Assembly: GCA_048213135.1 (NCBI GenBank)
Contig: PS015232.1
Location: 1-46,539, forward strand
DNA: 46,539 nt
Reading direction: 5' to 3'
Origin: Reclinomonas americana ATCC 50394
Taxonomy: Eukaryota
The notes under the pieces are model-generated. The model had not been told where the DNA came from and ran no database searches. It was given only the letters and a program-made list of their open reading frames with translations. Of the stretch, positions 41,201 through 46,539 are shown in pieces. The first letter of the stretch is position 1, and every line of letters begins with the position of its first letter. The position numbers and the translations under genes are program-made.

Positions 41201-43683
41201 GGCGCGCGTGTGTTCCTGTTTGCCGGCGACATTCAGCGGTCGCGCAAGTTCAAGCAGTTGCGCACACTCTGTTGGCGAAGGATGTTTCTTCCGAGACTCA
41301 CTCTTGCGTCGCAGCACGGTGGAACGACTGGGAGGTCTCGTCCTGCTGCCACCGTAGCGTGTCCTGCACGGCGAGCGCGCACTGACTGTCTTCTGCACAG
41401 GAACGCTGCGCACCCGACGCAGTCACTTTGTGCCCGGCTGCACGCATCTGGTCACCAACAACATTTCACGCACTGAAAAGGTGCTGTGCGCCATGGCTGC
41501 CGGCTGCTGGATCCTGCGTGCCGAGTATCTGTTGCGTCCCTTTTCCCAGTACAACCATGAGTTCTGTCGCTGACTCGGGTGCAGCGACGAGTGCGCCAAG
41601 GCCGATCGCTTCCTGCCCGAGGAGGACTTTGAGTATTTCGCCGAGGACTGGGACAAGGAGCGCAAGTTGTGGTTGGCGTCGCCGCGCAGCTGGCGTGTGT
41701 ACAAGCAGCGGCATGGGCATGGAGGGATGGCAGGGAGGCGAGGTGAGTGGTGGAGAGGGAAGGGAAAAGGGGGGAAAGGGAAAGAGGGTGGGAAGGGGAA
41801 ATGGAACGGTTTATCGAGAAGAGAGTGGGCGAGGTAGAGAGCACGGCCGATGGTTGTATCGAGAGGTTCGAGACAGAGAGCGAAGAGAGTGGGTGAGGAG
41901 GAGAGCACAGCCGATCGCTGAATCGAGAGGAACAAGCGCAGAATGGAGGGAAATGATGGAAAGAGAGAGAAGAGAGTGGGCGAGGTGCAGAGCACAGCCG
42001 ATAGCCGGACCGACAGGAGCAAGACGCAGAAGGAAAGCGAGAGAGAAGAGAGTGGGCGAGGTGGAGAGCACAGACTATAGCGGAATCGAGAGGACAAAAC
42101 GCAGAAGGAAAGGGAAATGATGGAAAGAGAGAGAAGGGAGTAGGTGGGGAGGAGAGCACAGCCGATTGCTGAATCGAGGGGAACAAGATGCAGATGGAAG
42201 GAAAAGGGGTGGAAATAGGAGAAGAGAGTGAGCGAGGTGCAGAGCGCAGCTGATTGCTGAATTGAGAGGACAAGACGTAGATGGAAGGAGAACGGGTTGA
42301 AAGAGACTGGGCGAGCTGAAGAGCGCAGACGATTGCTTAATCGAGAGGACAAGACGCAGATGGAAGGAGAACGGGTGGAAAGAGAGAGAGAAGAGAGTGG
42401 GCGAGGTGCAGAACACAGCCGATTGCTGAATGGAGGCCACGCAAGACGCGGAAGGGGGTGAAACGGGTTGCAAGAGAGAGGAGAGAGTGGGCGAGGTGTA
42501 GAGCACGACTGATTGTTGATTCAGGAAAAGGTAAGGAAACGGATTGACAGAGAGAAAAGAGTGGGCGAGGTGCAGAGCGCAGCCGATAGCTGCATCGAGA
42601 GGAACAAGACGCAGAAGGAAAGGGAGACGGGGAATGGCAGATGGAAAGTGAGAGAAAGCGAGAAAGAAAAGCTACCGCAACCGGTGTTTGAGAAGAAGCA
42701 GACGCAAAAGAGATGAAATGGAGTAATGGGAGAGTAAAATGGAATGAGTGAGAGTGAGAAAGACAGAGAGAGTGTGTGTGTGTGTGAGAGAGAGAGAGAG
42801 GTTGAAAGCGCAACAGATTGCTGAATCGAGGTGGAGAAGGATATGGAGATGAGAATCTGGAGTGCAGCGGATTTGTGAGATTGAGCACCCGCATAGCGGA
42901 ACCGGCTGACTCTGAGACAAACTAAACTCTGAGTAGCTGCCCTAATATGCCTGCTCTGTTTGTTAATCTGTTTCTGCACTTACCGGCGATAGCCACTTGT
43001 CGTCTTCTTGTTCCTAGCTCAACACTTTCCCTCCACACCACTCGTCCTCCACCCTTCTCCCTCACTCTTCCTTCTCACTCTTCTCCTTTCCCTTTACCTC
43101 CACCCTTCTCCCTCAACCTTCTCCCCCACTTCTCCCTCAATCCCTTCCCCCAATTTGCAGTGGCCATTCACAAAGACGCCAGCCCCTACTACGAATTGCT
43201 GTGCAACATTGTGGCGGAGGGCGGCGGCGAACCAATCACCCTCATCGGCAGCACAACGCATATCCTTTTTTTGCTTCGCCCCAAGCGTCCCGCGCCTCCC
43301 TTTTCGCTTGCTCTGTTGTCGTCCTTGACTCCTCAGCGCACTCAGTGCCGCCCATGTGTGTTTCGCGGTCGTGCCCGACGCCGGCCTGCCCGCCGAGTTG
43401 CAGGAGATGGAGGCGCTCGCCACTGGTGAAGTGCCGGCAGTCCGCGGTGCCTATCTGCTCGACTATTTCGCGTCTGAGGAGCCGCCGGACATTGTGCGTC
43501 CTGTTGCTCACAGTCGCCGATGATGTGCTTGTTTTGCTGACTTTCTGCTCGTGCTGCAGGCGGATTACACCTTCCCGGTATCTTCGTGTGAAATTGCGTA
43601 CGATTGCCCACCTCCATTCGTCACTTACGCCCTCCTCACAGGCCACCAGACCGTCGCGCACCGTGAAACGCCAGCGAATATAA
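33543..43683 (+). CDS. Four-BRCT DNA-damage scaffold protein (N-terminal PTIP/Rtt107-like pair, C-terminal TopBP1 BRCT7/8-like pair)
   Basis: Body 36773-43683. Motifs: VLRSMGAEV...CVNERWLVRC; TIAVTGFQ|GVPREELKRYIQYIGARYTGYMTRENTHLICLK|AEGEKYTKAEDWNIRIVNMHWLFDCMLHWQRLPEERY (KYTK onward lies on inverted contig 39723-40065); VERLGG...CTHLVTNNISRTEKVLCAMAAGCWILRAEYL|DECAKADRFLPEEDFEY; SPRSWRVYKQRHGHGGMAGRRV; ends ...VKRQRI* at 43683. The start exon 33543-33563 (MEDEGDA) is tentative. Confidence 0.82.
35480..36020 (+). repeat. Degenerate (CTCTG)n pentamer tract
   Basis: Direct reading of the sequence. Confidence 0.85.
40087..40640 (+). repeat. Minisatellite, 61-nt unit made of two ~30-nt accctYgatcRtca subunits, in a BRCT gene intron
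   Basis: cttgatcgtcaaccctcc recurs at ~40220, 40281, 40342, 40403 and 40464. Confidence 0.9.
41820..42620 (+). repeat. Degenerate minisatellite, ~75-90-nt unit, about 10 copies, in BRCT gene intron 41743-43160
   Basis: Recurring agagtgggcgaggtgcagagcacagccgattgctgaatcgagaggacaagacgcaga. Confidence 0.88.
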
Positions 43684-44084
43684 GCTCGTGCTGCCCTCAT
43701 TGTTCACCGCATCTGTTGCCATCATTTGCAGCTCTGCTCACCCTCCAAATGCACAAGCTATGGTGCGTGGTAACAGTTACAACCATCTCAGTCTCTCTTC
43801 AAACTGTAGGCACTGGCTGCGGCTCGTGAGGGAGCGACACCGATGCAGACTATTGTCTGCGTCTCATCAACCAAATGCAGTGCGCCTCATCAACCAAACA
43901 CAATGCATCCATCCGCTAACTCTTCCCGTCCTTCTCTTCGTCACTGACAGAGAACAATAGTCGTGGCGCAACTCAAGTTCAAGGAACCAAGTGAATGCAT
44001 CCACTCTCACCTCCTCGGTATTGCACGCTCGAACATGGGTGTGACGCGAGGAACAGCTTCACAACCATAAACCTTGACTGCTGC

Positions 44085-44365
44085 GTGAAAAAGTGTCCCT
44101 CACCAACTGCTCCCTCTGTGCCGTAACAATTTCCCTTCAACCGCAAACTGTATTGCTCTCTCCGTCACGCTCTCGTGAAAAGTGTCTCTCACCAACTGCT
44201 TCCTCTGTGCCCAGTCCCCTTCAACAATTACCCTTCAACCGCAAACTGTATTGCTCTCTCCGTCACGCTCTCGTGAAAAGTGTCCCTCACCAACTGCTCC
44301 CTCTGCGGCAAGTCCCCTTCAACAATTTCCCTTCAACCGCAAACTGTATTGCTCTCTCCGTCGCG
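44085..44365 (+). repeat. Tandem repeat, ~90-98-nt unit, three copies, between the convergent BRCT and RPN12 3' ends
   Basis: gtgaaaagtgtc.ctcaccaactgct...cccttcaaccgcaaactgtattgctctctccgtc at ~44085, 44175 and 44273. Confidence 0.9.
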
Positions 44366-44400
44366 CTCCCCCATTCGAGTCTCCCTCTTCCTCTCTTTTC

Positions 44401-46002
44401 TCAGATGATTCGCTCCAGCTCCTTGGCGTACGCCAGCGCCTTGCTGATAATGTTGCGCGCCGGCACCACGTGCTCCTTGGTCTCCTCCGACTGGAAGATG
44501 AACTCGCCGTTCTGCTCTCGCCAGCCCAGGTTGTCGGTGAAGGCCTTGAGCTCCTGCAGCGAGTCGAAGAGCAGCATGCGGCACGCCTCGGTGACGCGCA
44601 GGCGCTCAAACGACTTTTCCGCGCAGGCCGCGAACTCCTTACTGTGGAGGGGCAAGGGGGAGGGGAGAAGGGGGGAAGGGAGAAGGGGGAATGGGGAGGG
44701 GGGAGAAATGAGAAGGGAGCAAGAGAGGCACAGACACAAGTGCACGGATACAGTACGGAAGAAACGAGAAGGGAGCAAGAGATAGACATACACAAATGCA
44801 CACATACTCGCCAAGAGATACAGAACAGGGAAGCAACGAGATGGGAGGAAGAAAACACTTGAACAATGTCCTCACTCATCCCACTCATTCTCTTCTGCAC
44901 ACTGCCAACGCACCGCACAGTCTTCATCAGCTCCTCCACAAATAGGGCGTACGTCGGGTGTGGTACGTCCATGCGCGAGGCCCAGACCTTGGAGTAGGCG
45001 CCCTCCATGAGGTGGCGCTCCAGCTTGACCGGGTGCGTGATCCACACGTTGGATTCGCTGTGAGTAGAAGGGAAAGGGGGGAGGGTGAGGAAGAGGAAAG
45101 GCAACGGTGAGGTTGGGGAGGGTTAAAGTGAGGGTGCATGGCAAGAAAACTAGGAAGACGAAGAATGAGAGGATGCCGAGGATTCATGAGCACAACCAAG
45201 GATGACAATGGGTGAGAGCAGAGCAAGATCAACGCAGAGCAGGTGACGAGAGGACAAGGCGGTGAGTGAATGAGCAGAGCATAAGGCAGCGGCAGCAGAG
45301 CGAGAAACGCGCCAAGGGAAAGGGAGAAAAAATGAGCAGGAGAACGAGAGGAACGACGGCAAATTGCAAGAGCGGGATATGTGGAGGGAGGTGCGAGAGA
45401 TGGAGCAGAACAATAGGGACTGGCAGCGGCTGCAGAGATAGAATGCGCCAGGAAACGACAGAAACGACGGCAAATTGCAAGAGCGGGAAATATGGAGGGA
45501 GGTGCGACAGAGGAGCAGAACAACAGGGACTGGCAGCGGGGCAAAAGCAGAACGAGGATCACGAAAGAAAGCGGAGGAACAAGAGCCAGAGAAACAACAG
45601 CAAAGCGCAAGAAGATCGAGGGAGCAGCGAGATGTAGCGACAATCGCAGAGTGCCTGTCCTGTTCTCACTCAATCCCATTGTCTCTATCCCGCCCTTTCC
45701 TCCCGTCGCACTCACCGCTGGTCAATCGGAATCAACTCCAACTCGGTGTGGAAGCGCGCACGTGAGTGCTGCGCCAGCAATCGGAGCAAGTTGAGTCCGC
45801 GGATCATGTACTCGCGTTCTGACGGCCGTGCCTTGCCACTGCAATGACAAGAGTGAGCTGGAGGGACACAGAGGGCAAGAGAGTGGGAGGGCGGCGCACC
45901 GGAAGTCGGTGTAGTACGTCTTCAACTGCGCCATGTTGATGTCGAATGCGTCCAGGTCGCCCATGCGTGCGCACAGCAGTACGGCGTTCTCCAGCGTGTC
46001 GC
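44401..46002 (-). CDS. PSMD8: 26S proteasome regulatory subunit RPN12/PSMD8; 5' end outside window
   Basis: Four exons: DTLENAVLLCARMGDLDAFDINMAQLKTYYTDF; SEREYMIRGLNLLRLLAQHSRARFHTELELIP; SNVWITHPVKLERHLMEGAYSKVW...VPHPTYALFVEELMKTVR; KEFAACAEKSF...ISKALAYAKELERII* (TGA 44403-44401). Confidence 0.95.
45350..45540 (+). repeat. Direct duplication, ~110-nt period, in an RPN12 intron
   Basis: acgacggcaaattgcaagagcggga...ggagggaggtgcga occurs at ~45353 and ~45463. Confidence 0.85.
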
Positions 46003-46490
46003 CTGAACAGGGGAAGAGAGGGAACGAAGGAGGGGGTAAGTGAGAGAGAGATAGGGAGAAAGGGAAGGACAAAACAAAGCAACACAGCAATCAAGCAGCA
46101 AGGCGCGAGATAGATCAACTGAGAAAGAACGGCAGCAAGAACAAGAAAGAAGAGCTGTAACAACTCGAAAGGTGAGGCGACAACCCACAGAGACAGACTG
46201 AAAGAGAGAGCGAGGGCAAGGTGTCACAAGGGCGAGAGATGCATCACAAGGGCGAGAGATGCACATCAAGTGAGTCACGAGATAAAAAAATTGAGCGGAG
46301 GCAAAAAATTGGGCGGAGGCAAAATGGAAGACAGCAAAAGAACCAGCGAGAAAAACGAGGATGGATAGTTGAAGGAGTGCGGAGCGAGGCAAAGACAGGA
46401 AGAGAGAAAGACAGACAGGCAGGGAGAGAGAGCAAGACAGACAGGGAGAGAGAGCAAGACAGGCGGGGAGAGAGAGCAAGACAGGCGGGG

Positions 46491-46539
<49 letters not shown>

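Overview
Eukaryotic (protist-like, GC-rich coding) draft-assembly window with many N gaps, microsatellites and dense spliceosomal introns, mostly ~55-85 nt plus a minority of 0.25-2.7 kb. The six-frame ORF track is largely misleading, so I rebuilt genes by hand-splicing. Gene order: (+) large Ig/IPT-like repeat protein with C-terminal H-type-lectin-like domains (5' truncated); (-) small hypothetical gene; (+) half-size ABCA transporter; (+) UPF1/IGHMBP2-like SF1 helicase; (+) pectinacetylesterase/Notum-family esterase; (-) APC amino-acid permease; (-) IMP4; (+) four-BRCT protein, with one exon on an inverted contig; (-) proteasome subunit RPN12/PSMD8 (5' truncated). Main discovery: about a quarter of inferred introns (23 of ~88 by my manual count) use a 5' splice site with one extra nucleotide after GT (GTTGCG/GTTGAG/GTTGTG/GTTTCG versus the ordinary GTGCG/GTGAG/GTGTG/GTTCG). 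This form occurs only when the last exon base is not G, suggesting a second, +1-shifted register of donor recognition used as a major class. Many long introns also start with a G/A tract and end with a complementary C/T tract. All exon structures are inferred from frame and protein-motif continuity, not from transcripts.
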